Source: Schizosaccharomyces osmophilus
Lineage: Eukaryota
Length of the DNA: 64,000 nucleotides
Assembly (NCBI RefSeq): GCF_027921745.1
Contig: NC_079239.1
Span: forward strand, 3,224,001 to 3,288,000
Direction of reading: 5' to 3'
Shown here one piece after another: positions 33,467 through 46,013 of this stretch. Numbering within the stretch: position 1 is the stretch's first letter; the number at the start of each line of letters is the position of its first letter. The notes under the pieces are model-generated. The model searched no databases. It saw only the letters and a program-made list of their open reading frames with translations, and was not told where the DNA came from. Made by a program: the position numbers and the translations under genes.

Positions 33467-34591
33467 ATGCTAGCAGCCAAAGCATTTCGTCAATTTTCCA
33501 ACATGACAAGCAACCCAACCCAAACCTTGGCCAAGGCCATGGTTTTCTCTGAATTCGGGAACCCTCGCGATGTCCTCCGTACTGCTAGTTATCCGCTCCC
33601 CGGATGCTCTGACAATGAAGTCTCTGTTCGCTACTTAGCTTCCCCAATTAATCCATCCGACATCAACCAAATTCAAGGTGTATATCCTTCACGACCTCCT
33701 TTTACCTATGATGTCTCTCCCTCCAAACCCTCCGCCGTTCCCGGCAACGAAGGTCTTCTCGAAATCACCGGCGTCGGTAAAAACTTGGAAAAGCTCTATA
33801 CACCCGGACAATGGGCCGTTATGGCGTCGACAAACTTGGGTACCTGGAGAACCCGTAACAACTTGGCTTCCAATCAGCTAATTGCTTTGGATAAAACTGC
33901 TTTCCCTAGCATCGTCGAAGCCGCTACACTTACCGTCAACCCTTGTACCGCCTATTGCCTCCTAAAGAAAATCGTCCCCATGAACAAGGGCGATTGGTTC
34001 ATCCAGGATGGCGCCAATAGTATGGTAGGTATCGCTGCTATCCAACTTGCAAAGCACTTTGGTTATAACAGCATCAACGTAATCCGCAATCGTCCCGACG
34101 TCGACCAACTTAAACAAAAGCTGTATTCCATGGGCGCTGCTGTCGTAATCACCGACGAGGAACTCATGAACCGTGCTTGGATGAAGGAAAACGTTGGAAA
34201 GTGGACTCAAGGCGGTAAAGTCAAGCTAGGTATCGATTGTGTAAGTGGTCGAGTCGCTACTGAAATGGCAAAGTACATGAACGAGGGAGCTAGCATGGCA
34301 ACCTATGGAGGTATGTCACGTCAGCCGCTTGCTGTTCCTGTTTCCTTGCTGATTTTCAAAAATCTTCAATTTCACGGATTCTGGGTAACCAAGTGGAAAT
34401 CTGAAAATCCTAAGGAATACGAAGCCCTTGTCCTTGAAATCCAAGAGCTCATTAGGGATGGTGTTTTGCGCTCTACAAACACAAAACTCTTTGATCTTCC
34501 CGAATCCGCCGATGGAAAAACTTTCTACGAGACATTTTTGGATGCTATTGATCAACATGGAAAATCTATCATTCAATTTCGTTACGACTAG
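33467..34591 (+). CDS. etr1: Mitochondrial enoyl-ACP reductase
   Basis: ASPINPSDINQIQGVYP, GNEG, VNPCTAY and TYGGMS motifs of the MECR/Etr1 family. Confidence 0.95.
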   Translation: MLAAKAFRQFSNMTSNPTQTLAKAMVFSEFGNPRDVLRTASYPLPGCSDNEVSVRYLASPINPSDINQIQGVYPSRPPFTYDVSPSKPSAVPGNEGLLEITGVGKNLEKLYTPGQWAVMASTNLGTWRTRNNLASNQLIALDKTAFPSIVEAATLTVNPCTAYCLLKKIVPMNKGDWFIQDGANSMVGIAAIQLAKHFGYNSINVIRNRPDVDQLKQKLYSMGAAVVITDEELMNRAWMKENVGKWTQGGKVKLGIDCVSGRVATEMAKYMNEGASMATYGGMSRQPLAVPVSLLIFKNLQFHGFWVTKWKSENPKEYEALVLEIQELIRDGVLRSTNTKLFDLPESADGKTFYETFLDAIDQHGKSIIQFRYD

Positions 34592-34987
34592 GCATTTGTA
34601 TGCATAACTATTTTACCACCCATTTTGCTACGAACAATACAGTGATGAAAGTAATATTTGTCTACCTTATCAGTTCAGTTACTCTATGAATTAATATATC
34701 ATAAAAAGCTAAAATTATCGTACTATCCTAGAAATTATACCTTGTTTTCATATAGCAAGAACGAGGCTATCCATTTGAACAGTAAACCATTGTCAATTCG
34801 GCCAACCTTATCCATAGTCGTTTAACACCATCTGCAAATAGGTCCTCATTTGTTTTCGCAAAGTTTAGACAAAACGTAATAAACCGGATACTGTACAATT
34901 ATCCAAATGTATGGATCGAGAGGCCAGGTTCATTTAATTCACAAATTAAAGTTGCTTCTACAAGATTTTCATAAGCATACGATTTTG

Positions 34988-36208
34988 CTAGTTCTTCCAC
35001 TCCAAAGTGTTACGGCCACGAGCATTCATATTCTCTGTTCCCTTAACATAGATATCAGAATACAAGTTCTCGTGGGTAGGTTCAGGGAAAGGGCTTTCCT
35101 CAGCAATTTTAACCTCCGCATCAATGAAAGAACGAACCTTCTTTTCAATGTTCTTCAATTCATTGGCATTGGCAACATTCCATTCCATCAATTGACGCTT
35201 AAGGCCTTCAATAGGATCCTTAGCGGCACGCATTTGTTGGACTTCATCGCGGGTACGGTAAGTGGTACCGGGGTCAGACATGGAGTGACCACCATAACGA
35301 TAAGTGACAAACTCCATCAACAAAGGTTGGCTGTTTTGAACAGTGTAGTCCTTGGCGAACTTGCAAGCTTGCTTAACCGCTAAAGCATCCATTCCGTTAA
35401 CACGGAGACCAGGAATGTATTGGCCACGCTTATAATATTCAGTCATGGCAGAAGAGCGCTCAGCACTAGTACCCATACCATACTTGTTGTTTTCGCAAGT
35501 AAATACAACGGGAAGACCCCAGAGCTTAGCCATGTTGAAAGCTTCAAAAGCTTGACCTTGGTTTGCAGCACCATCACCGTAAAGAGCGAATGTGACGTTG
35601 GGCTTGTTCAAGTACTTTTGAGCGAATCCAATACCAGCACCCAAAGGAATTTGAGCACCAACAATACCGTTACCACCGTAAAAGTTGGGAGCAAAAATGT
35701 GCATAGAACCACCCTTGCCCTTGGAAGCACCGCATTGACGGCCCATCAATTCACCAACAATGGCACGAGGTGGTAAGCCACGAGTATAGGCAAAACCGTG
35801 GCATCTGTAAGAAGTAATAATGCTATCTTCACGAGTAATAGCACTCTCCATACCACCAGCTACAGCCTCTTGGCCAACACTAAGATGGCAGAAACCGCGA
35901 ATCTTCTTTGCTTTGTAAAGACCGTCGCAAGCAAGCTCAAGACGACGAATAGTAACCATATTTTCATACAAATCCATTAATTCGTTTCTGGTAACTTCCA
36001 TGTTCATAGCAGGAATGTCAATTTTGTAACCTTCAAAGACACCATCGTGAAGTTGGACAGGGAAAGGCTTGTCTCGATCTTCAGGGACGATCGAGGGATC
36101 AACCTTAGAAGCAGTTGCAGCTGTGGTAACAGTACGTAAACCATGCGAGAGCTGGCTGTTCAAAAGAACTTTAGAGATATTTCCCGCTGCCAAAGGAACG
36201 CGAACCAT
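34988..36208 (-). CDS. pda1: Pyruvate dehydrogenase E1 alpha subunit
   Basis: RGFCHL, GKGGSMH, GDGAANQGQ and YGGHSMSDPG motifs. Confidence 0.98.
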   Translation of the reverse strand: MVRVPLAAGNISKVLLNSQLSHGLRTVTTAATASKVDPSIVPEDRDKPFPVQLHDGVFEGYKIDIPAMNMEVTRNELMDLYENMVTIRRLELACDGLYKAKKIRGFCHLSVGQEAVAGGMESAITREDSIITSYRCHGFAYTRGLPPRAIVGELMGRQCGASKGKGGSMHIFAPNFYGGNGIVGAQIPLGAGIGFAQKYLNKPNVTFALYGDGAANQGQAFEAFNMAKLWGLPVVFTCENNKYGMGTSAERSSAMTEYYKRGQYIPGLRVNGMDALAVKQACKFAKDYTVQNSQPLLMEFVTYRYGGHSMSDPGTTYRTRDEVQQMRAAKDPIEGLKRQLMEWNVANANELKNIEKKVRSFIDAEVKIAEESPFPEPTHENLYSDIYVKGTENMNARGRNTLEWKN

Positions 36209-37058
36209 ATTTCTTATTTTAGATATACCAACAGCAATTTAATAAAATTTTTTGTTATTTTAAAATAAAAGATAGCTATTCGTGTTAAAATATAATTCAA
36301 AAGCTTCTTTTTAAAAAATTGAACCTCCTTTTACTTACTTGGTAGTGGTTGTGCTTTTGGGAAAGGTCAAGTTCAATACTAGCTAAGAAACCGTATTTAC
36401 AGATAAAGGAGTATACTCGATCCAATTTTCTGAGACTCGAATATAAACCTAGAAAAATAATAGATTACTTTTGAATATGTAAATATTTTTTTTATGTTAT
36501 TTTTTAGCTTGATATGACTTAAAAAAAAAAAAAAAAAAATGATACTAGCGAATTCTGCATGGAGTGTCCCAGTGATAAATATGTATATATAAAAGAAGTA
36601 AAATCCGAAGCCTCATATCAAAAGTGTACAGATAAAGAAGCCAAATGCTTCCTTCGTCTTGTTTTCGTTCAGCAGATACAAAATCGTTTTTGGTACTTCT
36701 TCACCATAAAGTAGCTCACGTTGGAAGTCAGAAATACTTTTGGAACTATTTTTCGATAAATTTTTTCTTTCTAATAATATCAACCGTCATCAGGTAGAAT
36801 ATATGACTGACATTAAAGTAGGAATTTAATTTGCCCTTGGAACAACGAAGTCTTTATCAAAGTACTGGATCTGAAAATAAAATTCACTGCTAGACATCAA
36901 TCTGCTTCCTTTAAATTATACTCCAAATCCCAGCTTCAGCCCATTGCACATTCTGCTTTTCTTCTAGCGATCACTGATATTTCACAGGGCACGAACACCA
37001 AACGATCAATAAATATAACTCACAAAAAAAAAGAGATTTCTTTCCCCTCAGAAATGCA

Positions 37059-37667
37059 CTAGTCCTTTTCTTCTTTAACTTGATCCAAGTATGCTTTCTG
37101 GCTAGGCAATAAATAATAAGGTCTATAATACAAGCGAGGTTCGGTGTTTGTCTTCAAAAATGTAGATTCTTGTTTTTTTAGTGTTTGTTTTAAATCCTTC
37201 TGAAATCCAGTTAGCATTTTGCACATGTTTGACTGTAGCAAAGAAGTCTAGCATACCAAGTCCAATTCTAAATCATCCATAACAATCCTCCTTTCCTCGA
37301 CCATTTCATTTTCCTTTTGTTCTTTCTCTCTACTCTCCTGTAACTCTAACTCCTTTTTTTCTTCTTCTTGACGCTTGGCTACTTTTTCTTCCAGCTCAGC
37401 TCGCCTTGAGCGTGTTTGCGATTGGTTTTCACGTTCTGCTTCCTTCTGAAATTTACCCAGAGTTCCAAGTAAAGCGCCAAACATTCTTTTACCTCTTTTA
37501 TTTTCAAGGGGCTCTTTTCCTTCTAACGAATGCTGTTTTCCAAGATGATCATTATGGTCTGTTGATCCTTCATTCTTCTCTATATCCATGGAGTCATTGC
37601 TTTGATCTGGCTTGTTTTCTCTTGACAAATGTTCTTCTTTCACAATATTTTCCTCCTTTTCATTCAT
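37059..37667 (-). CDS. pnn1: Pinin homolog; 2 exons (37667-37257, 37199-37059)
   Basis: RGKRMFGALLGTLGKFQ and FLKTNTEPRLYYRP pinin motifs; 57-nt intron GTATGC...GCTAAC...CAG in phase 0. Confidence 0.88.
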
Positions 37668-37904
37668 TATTCTAATTTCTTCAGATATGACCAAGGTACC
37701 AAAATTGTGGTCTTCGTGTTCAAGCTGGAAATATGCAATATTATATCAATGGGGTTTGACATTCCACAGTTCGATCATTGAAAACTTTTAAATGATAATT
37801 ATGTAAAATTAATAAATACTTTATATTTATTTATTTATTTGCTATGAAATAAAATCATTGAGTCTTCGTTTTATTGCTATGGGACCGATGTATACATTAA
37901 GTGT

Positions 37905-40712
37905 TCAGCGGATAATAGCTTCTGACTGAGTGTTTTCTTGAGCAAGCTTTCCAGGAACAAAATCATCAGGGACCTCCACAACACTCAGCCTTTGGCCATT
38001 GAAAGTGACGATATCCTGTTTAACTATCGGACAGCTTGTATCTTCGATTTTGTCTTGAACATCAACATCTAGCGCTTCCGATTCGGAAGATTTTGCACGT
38101 AAATTCTGCAAGTCCGAATTGTTTCCGAGTCTCAACTGATTCCTTCGTTTGGAAGCGTTTGACAGTGTCCGATCACCGGCATATCCTGACGGGTACAGTA
38201 CAGTGGACGAACTCTCTTTCTTTGAAGAAGGAGGAGGAAAGACCGAATGAAGATATCGTTGTAAATGATTATCCAACTCCAAATCCTCCTTTAATACTTT
38301 AATGCTTGATTTGAGTTTGCAAAGCTCAATTATATGCACTCGCAAGACTTTTCGCAAATTATTCGCGGCGCGCACAAGACGAACGCGCGTTCGGCTTTGA
38401 ATTGGCGCCATACGTAACAGATTATCTACATTTCCCTTCTCAATAATAAACTTAGACTCCACTTCTTGCAGACGTTCTTCCAACTTACAGATTCTGTTCT
38501 GAACAATAAAAATCCGAAGTTTTGAGCATTCTAGCATTTCAGATCCTGTCTCGTGAGATACTTTCGTCATAGCCTCCTTGTCTTCTTCAATTTCCGGGAG
38601 AACGCTCACTGAAGCTTTGACGCTAGTATCCGATTGATCTACACAACAAAGCTTTTCTCTGGGAGCTATGCCGGACGTGGCGAAGGCGCTAACGAAATTT
38701 ACTTTATGTATCCAGTCGTTCATCTCATGCTCTGATTCAGTAGAAAGCACGTAAGTCGTGGAATTTCTCTGTTTTATAATAAAGGAATAACTGCCGTCAG
38801 TGTCGTTTTTCTTTTCAGTAAAGGCAACCAAATTTGAAAGCGGTATTATATAATCCGGACTAAGAGATGTCAAAGAAGGAGTAAAATAATGAGGTGGAGA
38901 TCTAGTAGAGCTGTGAAACTCTTGCAACTGTGAAATCAAGCCCTCTATCCACGAAAGATTCTTAAAAAACATTAGTTTAGAACTTGTCAAGATTACGCCA
39001 ACTTCTCTTCCAGAAACTAATTTTTCTTTTCGTGCCCTTTCGTTTTGAACGACTATTCCAAGCTTGACAACTTTTATGTTTACGACAGCTGGATTTGTGC
39101 TTTCGCTTTCCGTTTCGGGAGCAAAATGGAAAGAGAATGCTTGAGGTTGAGAACGATGGGAGACTATTTGAATATAAGGGGCAGTCATAAACTGTTTATA
39201 ATGTTCACTGGCATTTGGGCATATCGAACTATCAGCAACAGGAATACCATCAAGTTGATCATAACGAAGTATAGACTGCAAATTTAGTCGAAAACCTGTT
39301 AACTGTCGCTCAATCCCCACAAAGTGGCTTTCGGTAGCAAGTGGATTTCTTTTGGATAAGCGAAATTGAGAATCGCTGAAGCGTTGAGAAAAACTGGTTC
39401 TTTCACCAGCAGGTGAAATTAACGAACTAGGGTCTTCTTCAACATGAACGAATGGAGTATAAGTAATATTATCATAAAAGCATTCCAAGATTTCAGGCAA
39501 AATATTGGGCAAATTCGTATTTGCGATAAATTCGCTTTTCGTCATCTTTTGACGATTATTTATGTTGTAGAAATCCGTATGAAGAATCATTAATGAAAAA
39601 GTTAAAATATAACATTCATCGGAAGACTCATAAAATGATGGGTTGCAATGGTAGTATTGATCTGAAAAAGAGCTCAAGACTCTATCAATTTGTTGGGTTT
39701 CTTGAGGAAGAATAAAAAGAGCAAGAAATTTCCTAAGAGCCATATCAAGTGCTATTTCTTTTAAAGGCAGATCAGACAAGTACCTTCGTAAAGCTATCTT
39801 CATAAACGAGTGGTTGGACTGTGAAAGAAGACCAGGCATAAATCGCGCAGGAACAGAAGCTTGTAGTCGGTCTAAGAAAGCGATAGGGGTCTCTCCGTAC
39901 TCCACCGACGGTAGAGAAAAATCAGAAAGACTCAATTTTATTGTATTTAGTTCAGATGACGAGGACGGACCATGTTCATCAAAATTAGCCGACCGATTGG
40001 ATGTTGGACTAGGGATACTCAAACTAGAAGAGAATGAATTTGAAGATTTGGTGCGGAATATGTAGGAGCCATTTGACTCCGTGGAGGAACGGGAAGGTGA
40101 CCCTACAAAGAAAGATGTTTTGGAGGTTTGCAGCGGAAGGATGGAGAGAGTGGAAGCGGCCAGCTCGTCTAAAGTGTTACGCTGCTGTGAAGAATCTGGA
40201 AGATCAGCAACGGAAGCAGGAGAGTCGAGGTTAGGTAATGGCTGAGCTGGGAAAGATGAAGAGTGATTTAAGGATTGAAGGTTTCTTTCGGGAGAGTATG
40301 TTCTAGCATGGTAAGGCTGTTGATGGAAGCCAGTAGGTAAATGGGCTGAAGCAGATTGGGGAGAGTTTGGTTTTGAGGAGCGTTTCCAGCGTTTAGGAAT
40401 CGTCAATTTTAATGCACTAGAGACACGATTTGAAATATTTTTAGATGTGCTAAAATCTGGACGATGCTCTGATTCGGAGGATGAGTCTAAGGCATAACCC
40501 GGTGATGATAGGGCGGGTGAGTTTAGAGAACCATCGGAAAAATCAGAAGTGACGGTAAGTCTTGGAGGGCGCTTTCCTTTTGAACGATGAAATGCAGATT
40601 GGAAAGCCGTCTTTGTTTTTGATTTCCGGCTCGAGGGAGAAGGGGGACAATTAGCGGATTCAGAAAGGGAGTTTAAAGCTGAGGAAGGTGGCTTTCCAGA
40701 TAAATTATCCAT
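37905..40712 (-). CDS. sec74: Arf guanine nucleotide exchange factor (Sec7 + PH domains) Sec74
   Basis: ALRKFL-LPQETQQIDR-LHTDFYN Sec7 motifs; PH-domain C-terminal helix EMNDWIHKVN. Confidence 0.9.
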   Translation of the reverse strand: MDNLSGKPPSSALNSLSESANCPPSPSSRKSKTKTAFQSAFHRSKGKRPPRLTVTSDFSDGSLNSPALSSPGYALDSSSESEHRPDFSTSKNISNRVSSALKLTIPKRWKRSSKPNSPQSASAHLPTGFHQQPYHARTYSPERNLQSLNHSSSFPAQPLPNLDSPASVADLPDSSQQRNTLDELAASTLSILPLQTSKTSFFVGSPSRSSTESNGSYIFRTKSSNSFSSSLSIPSPTSNRSANFDEHGPSSSSELNTIKLSLSDFSLPSVEYGETPIAFLDRLQASVPARFMPGLLSQSNHSFMKIALRRYLSDLPLKEIALDMALRKFLALFILPQETQQIDRVLSSFSDQYYHCNPSFYESSDECYILTFSLMILHTDFYNINNRQKMTKSEFIANTNLPNILPEILECFYDNITYTPFVHVEEDPSSLISPAGERTSFSQRFSDSQFRLSKRNPLATESHFVGIERQLTGFRLNLQSILRYDQLDGIPVADSSICPNASEHYKQFMTAPYIQIVSHRSQPQAFSFHFAPETESESTNPAVVNIKVVKLGIVVQNERARKEKLVSGREVGVILTSSKLMFFKNLSWIEGLISQLQEFHSSTRSPPHYFTPSLTSLSPDYIIPLSNLVAFTEKKNDTDGSYSFIIKQRNSTTYVLSTESEHEMNDWIHKVNFVSAFATSGIAPREKLCCVDQSDTSVKASVSVLPEIEEDKEAMTKVSHETGSEMLECSKLRIFIVQNRICKLEERLQEVESKFIIEKGNVDNLLRMAPIQSRTRVRLVRAANNLRKVLRVHIIELCKLKSSIKVLKEDLELDNHLQRYLHSVFPPPSSKKESSSTVLYPSGYAGDRTLSNASKRRNQLRLGNNSDLQNLRAKSSESEALDVDVQDKIEDTSCPIVKQDIVTFNGQRLSVVEVPDDFVPGKLAQENTQSEAIIR

Positions 40713-43018
40713 AGTAAGCCTATTCTATAACGATTGAACAAAACGAATATAAAGCATTTATGTATGCTGGTTTAACTTTTTTTAGAGACCCAGAGAAAGC
40801 CGAACCGATTTAGTAAACAATTACTTTTAGGATACAGTATGCAAAAAACAAGCTGAAGAACGACTTATTTTTAATTAATTAGAGAAAAAAAGACATGAGA
40901 GAGAATCATGAATGGACAACGCAGAAGAATGGAGTGAAAAAGAGAAGAAACAACAAAACCAGAAAATTATTTGCCTATAAGAAGGAAACCAAGAACTAAA
41001 TGGATTGCAAATGAATTTTCCTGCAGAAAACGAAAGGGTAAAAAGAGGATTGTAGTAGTTTTGTCCAATTCTTTTAGAGAAATACTGTAAAAGCTCCTAG
41101 AGCATAACAACAGACACCCAGGAGAATTTAAGGATTTCAAAAAAGAATGGAAAGCAAAAAAAAGAAGAGGATGCGAATGGTAATTACCAAGCCGAAACAG
41201 AAACACAAATAAAGACGTTTCGGGAAGGGTTAAACAGGAAAGAAAGCCTTCGTCGCAAGGAGACGCTACGTCGTAATGTTACGTTAATCTCTTAGTATGA
41301 TATTAAGGTGAGGCGAGAGTTATACAATTACAATACGCTTCTAACACTGTTAAAAATCATTCATTATGAACTTTTTTTTTTAAAAACTGCCATCTGGAAA
41401 TTATTTGATTTCGTCCATGATCATTTGATGATCAGCGTCCATTGATTTGATATCGTACATGAAGAGTAAAAACTGCCAAACGATCACACGCCTTTCAAAC
41501 TATAGAAAATGAATAAAATTTAGAAAGGGAAAAGCTGCTTATTTCCTACGAGCTTTTCTTGCTTTGCTCTGTTCCTAGAAATGTCAACAATGATGTAATG
41601 TAAACAAACCAAAAAAAGGCGACATGTGAAATAAAAAAAAAAGCTTCAAAAATTCCCTAGAAAATCTTCTTTTGAAAGGTTTTCACAAACTTTGTTGTTT
41701 TGTATAAAAAATATATAAAGAAACCAACGTCTTTCCGACATGTTTTGCAATACAGTACTGCCAGACACGAAGGAACCAAGGGAGAGTAAAGTTAAAGTAT
41801 TTTCCAAAAAAGAATTTCTTCATTTGCTAGTCCTTTTTAGATAGATTCGATGGCTTGCTTCTTTATTACAATTCACTCCCCCTACATAATCAGCTGGAAG
41901 TTGGATTGCCCAGCAAGCAATTAGGATGGGATAGCAAGAGAAAGCCTTGTTTGTTTTTTCAAAAAACGAAAAGACTACAAGTGTACCTTTTTCTATCCCT
42001 TTACAACATATACATCCATGGATGAGACAGATAACGCTGTCATAAAAGATTAAACTTGGAACGCCTAAACCAAGGCTCTTTAAAAATCCCCAAAATGAGA
42101 ACTACAGTTTCGTATTTATTTCCTGTTTAAAAATTGAGAACTAGAAATTTGGACCCTTACAGAAAGCTAGATATATAACATAAGACTTGAACAGCATGTG
42201 AATTCCGATTTCTACAGAAGATTTGTCATACATTCGTTTTCAGAATTTCGTAGCAAGCCAAGGCGTCAAAGCAATAAAACTGTTCACGCACATTACAATG
42301 CTATTAAATAATCTTGTGTCATGTATCGCCCGATTCCATAAGATTTTATTATTTACCGAAACAGAATCTTAAATAGCGCTACGGTAAAATATACGCGCGG
42401 GACTATATTCAAGCTTCTAATCGTGTAGAAAGCATCCTTTATACAACGCCCACTTTTCATTTAACTAACGAAAGGGTTTCTTAAGCCATTGTGCAAGGAT
42501 TCATCCGTTTTAGTCGTGGATTAATTATTAAAATATTTTTAAACTACTGATTTTTTTTTTAGTTTTTCTAATCCCCAATTTCTTACAACTTTGGCTCGTA
42601 TACATTTGTCGGCCAATAATTTAAAAATTGCCATTGTTTGTTCACCTTTGTAGCTACAAACGAACCGTTAACAATCTGAACGATTGGACTCGAATTGTAT
42701 TAATATTTGCTGAATTCTTTTAGGGCTTCCTCCCTTTTTCCCAATACCATTCGTGCGCGCATTGGTTAACAAGTTTGAGGATTATTTCTTTGGTCGGACG
42801 GTGCTTTATTAAATTATCTCATTTCATTAAAGACGTAGGCCTACGTCTAGAATAATTCTCTCCTGCAATTTGTGAGAAAACCTTCGGAATTGGAAAATCT
42901 GCATTTGTTACTTTGCCACCGAAGGTTTCCTTTGGATTTCTTTGCTCTTTGCTCTTTGGAGTTTTGGTTTTGTCTTTTATTCCTTCGTGCTTTTTATTTT
43001 CGATATTTTTACATATTC

Positions 43019-43411
43019 ATGGGCCGTCATTACCCTCTACGACTTACGAGTCAATATTATGTTTGCATTCATTGCAAAACGCACCTTGCGTTTAAAGGCC
43101 ATTTAATCAGTCGTGACTATACTGGCCGTTATGGTCGTGCAGCTCTCATAAAGAGAATAGAAAATGTGATCGAAATGCAATCGGTCACTGAAGAAATGCT
43201 GTCCGGTAAATATATCGTCCGTCGTGTACATTGCTGTCGATGCCACGCGAATGTAGGTTGGAAATATGTACTCGCATACAAACCATCAGAAAAATATAAA
43301 GAAGGAAATTATATACTAGAACTGAATGTTTCCTCTCTCATTCGTGATGAAATTGATGCGAGCGAATGTATTGTACAACCTCCAATTGCCTTTTTGTCCT
43401 CTTCCTTATAG
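43019..43411 (+). CDS. Yippee/Mis18-like zinc-binding protein
   Basis: ATG at 43019; CxxC...CxxC, GWKY and KYKEG yippee motifs; 130 aa. Confidence 0.9.
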   Translation: MGRHYPLRLTSQYYVCIHCKTHLAFKGHLISRDYTGRYGRAALIKRIENVIEMQSVTEEMLSGKYIVRRVHCCRCHANVGWKYVLAYKPSEKYKEGNYILELNVSSLIRDEIDASECIVQPPIAFLSSSL

Positions 43412-44261
43412 AATCCTTACCTTAAATGACTGTGTCGGATTCGACATGCATACACCATGTTATTTATAATTCTTATTCAGATCGAAACATTATGATCCTA
43501 TGCATTGGTTATATTCCTTAGTATATTTACTCTGGTTTTTTCCCTAGTTTTTTTTCTTTTTTTGTCATTCATCTTGGTCTCTTTTATTTTATTGTTTTTA
43601 TCTCTCCTTTGGAAAATTTTCAAATTCCTGATTTTTGCACACAGTTGATCATTCTGGATGTTAAGGGATTCTACGTCTCTTTTCTGGAGTTTACTTTCAT
43701 TCCTTTTTTACTGTGTGCGTATAATTCCCAAGTCTGCCGGTTGTTTTCCTTTTTTGTTCATCCTATATCTTTTTTTTTTTATATAGTTTCGCAGATTTTT
43801 GCGATTTCGTTTTAGTGGATTTTGTGCTTCATACTTCGTATATTTAGACACTCATCAATAAGCATACTATAGTTTTCAAGTACAGACCTCGTCGTTGAAC
43901 ACTTCAGTAAACTATTCTTACTACCAGTTTTTTACGTAAAACAAAAAAAATCACTGACGATTTCTTACACTCCTATTTTTCTACGCATTCCCAAAGCAAA
44001 ATACAACAAAAGCGGGTCGACCTTTTGTTTTCTAAAATACCATTTTAAGTAACAAACGTATGTTACCTTCCCTACTTCCATGTAACAGTGGATGCATTGC
44101 ACGGGATAGACTTCCACCATAAAAAACCCACTTCTCCCCTTTCACTCATAATTTAGGTATATTTTCATTGTTTTTTCTCACTTCTTCTTGATCCTATTGA
44201 TCCTATTAAAAACTCTGTATTTCCTTTTCCAGGCCTATTCTGACTCTTCTTTTCTTCCAAA

Positions 44262-44676
44262 ATGTCAAAACCCGTTTCCAGTGAACAAAGCTTGAATTAC
44301 AAGGTAGGTGGTTGTATTTAAAACCAGATTTGGTCTATAGACCATAAGATGGCTCCTTTTCTGTGGTTGTAATGGAGATGATGTACTAACTCTTGTAGTG
44401 GGATGTATGCCTTTCCAACATGGTTGTCCAATCCACTGTAGGTATCGGCATTGGTATTATTAGTTCTGCCATTATGTTTCGTCGTAAGTTTGGGAAATTG
44501 TTCCTTTTCCTTGTATCTCGTAATAACCATCTTAATCTTTAGGTGCTGCATGGCCTGTTTGGGGAGGTTTGGGCTTTGGTCTTGGTAAAGCCTATGCTGA
44601 TTGCAATGCAAAGCTCAAAACATTTCCTGCCGTTCATCAAGAGCTACAAACTGTTACGAATGAAGAGAAAAAGTAA
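44262..44676 (+). CDS. mic10: MICOS subunit Mic10; 3 exons (44262-44303, 44399-44483, 44543-44676)
   Basis: Spliced product MSKPVSSEQSLNYKWDVCLSN...GIGIG...FRRAAWPVWGGLGFGLGKAYADC, 86 aa; both introns GT-AG. Confidence 0.92.
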
Positions 44677-45989
44677 AGAATGTTCCGAAAGACTTGTTTA
44701 TCCTTTGGTTTTCAATGACCATCTTTGGTAAACAACTCTACTACCCCGAACTTGAATGCTGGTCTACTTTGTAGTGTTTATGTATTGACGATGTCTACGG
44801 CTGTAGTCAATTTGCTTCGTGCATACGACCATTATCAACTAATTCAAGACTTAGGCTATAGTAGACGAAATGAAACTTTACTTTCTTGAGGAAATATGTT
44901 TATCTAAAAAGAACAAAAATATCAAATCTAAAACGAAGTACAATTGCTTGTTCGAAACTATCAAACGATTGAAATTGAATCGAAACGAAAGCACATCTAA
45001 ACTAAAATCTGAAACTCATCTATGTCGGTTTCCTTGGGTTAGCCAACAGCATACACATATAAACATACATACCTCCTCACCATACATTACTTGCTGTCGG
45101 AGGTTTCATTTTCCATATTTTCTCCTGGATGCTTCATTCCAAGGCTTCTGACCGACTACTCGTTTTGCCTTCGTGAATTAAAAATACCAAGACATACCAT
45201 AACAAAAAGCGAAACAAACAACACTATTGTAGGAAACTTTTATGGATGATTCTCGACATATCAAGTGCCTGTCTTTGTCTTGTCTAGCGACATTTTTGTA
45301 CTTTTCGTTTATGTCAAACCAGATTATTCCCACAACGTTCGCCGCTGATGTACCTTCAAACAGTGGTGTAAGGATCCTATCATACGTCTTTTTCAACCAC
45401 CAGCTTTATGGAATCGTTTCAAATATCAATCCTTAATATACCTCACATAATGATGTAAAGAACCTCCTTTCATTTACATTGCTGACCCTATGAAGGACAA
45501 CACTATTGCGTTTGTTTATTTACTTATCCCCGAAATGAATCTTTTCGCTCAAAAACAGGCAGATTACGAACGTCTTACTTTTTCGCCTTTTCTTGACATT
45601 GCTTGTAACCGTGATAAAAAAATAACTCTTTTTCTTTGTTCTTTTTCCTTTATTTTTCCAGTCTTTTTTGTCCCGTTTTCTATTTACACATGGGAGCTTA
45701 CCCCAGTCAGTCAGTGGTGTCGGTAATACGCTTGGCATTCATTCCCAGAACGTTCTTCTCCTACAAAAAGGTGATGGAGATCTCGACTTTTGGTAGGTAG
45801 CCAACAAAAAAACTCTTTTTCTTTTACTTTTCGTTTTAAACTATGCTGAAATTCTATATTTTCAGAATGATTTTGAACATCAAAAAAGTGTTCTCTTCCC
45901 AACGTCCTCCTTTGTTTACATTACATTGTCCTTTGCATTACATCATTCTTCATATTAGGGTTGGCGTTAAAACTTTGGCGAGATACAAA

Positions 45990-46013
45990 CATTGACGTCA
46001 ATGAGTATATAAG
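45990..46013 (+). promoter_or_regulatory. Perfect CRE palindrome plus TATA box of the pyp2 promoter
   Basis: CATTGACGTCAATG (core TGACGTCA) immediately followed by TATATAAG, about 410 nt upstream of the ATG. Confidence 0.7.

Noticed and set aside
40713..43018. 2.3-kb gene-free interval, checked for LTR, tRNA or ncRNA
   Set aside because: No TG...CA bounded repeat, A/B boxes or snoRNA box sets recognised; consistent with a divergent promoter and UTRs
44058..44232. Possible 5'-UTR intron of mic10 (GTATGT...CCAG)
   Set aside because: No good branch-point consensus; cannot be supported without RNA data
44700..45900. Short ORFs between mic10 and pyp2
   Set aside because: No homology cues or consistent exon structure
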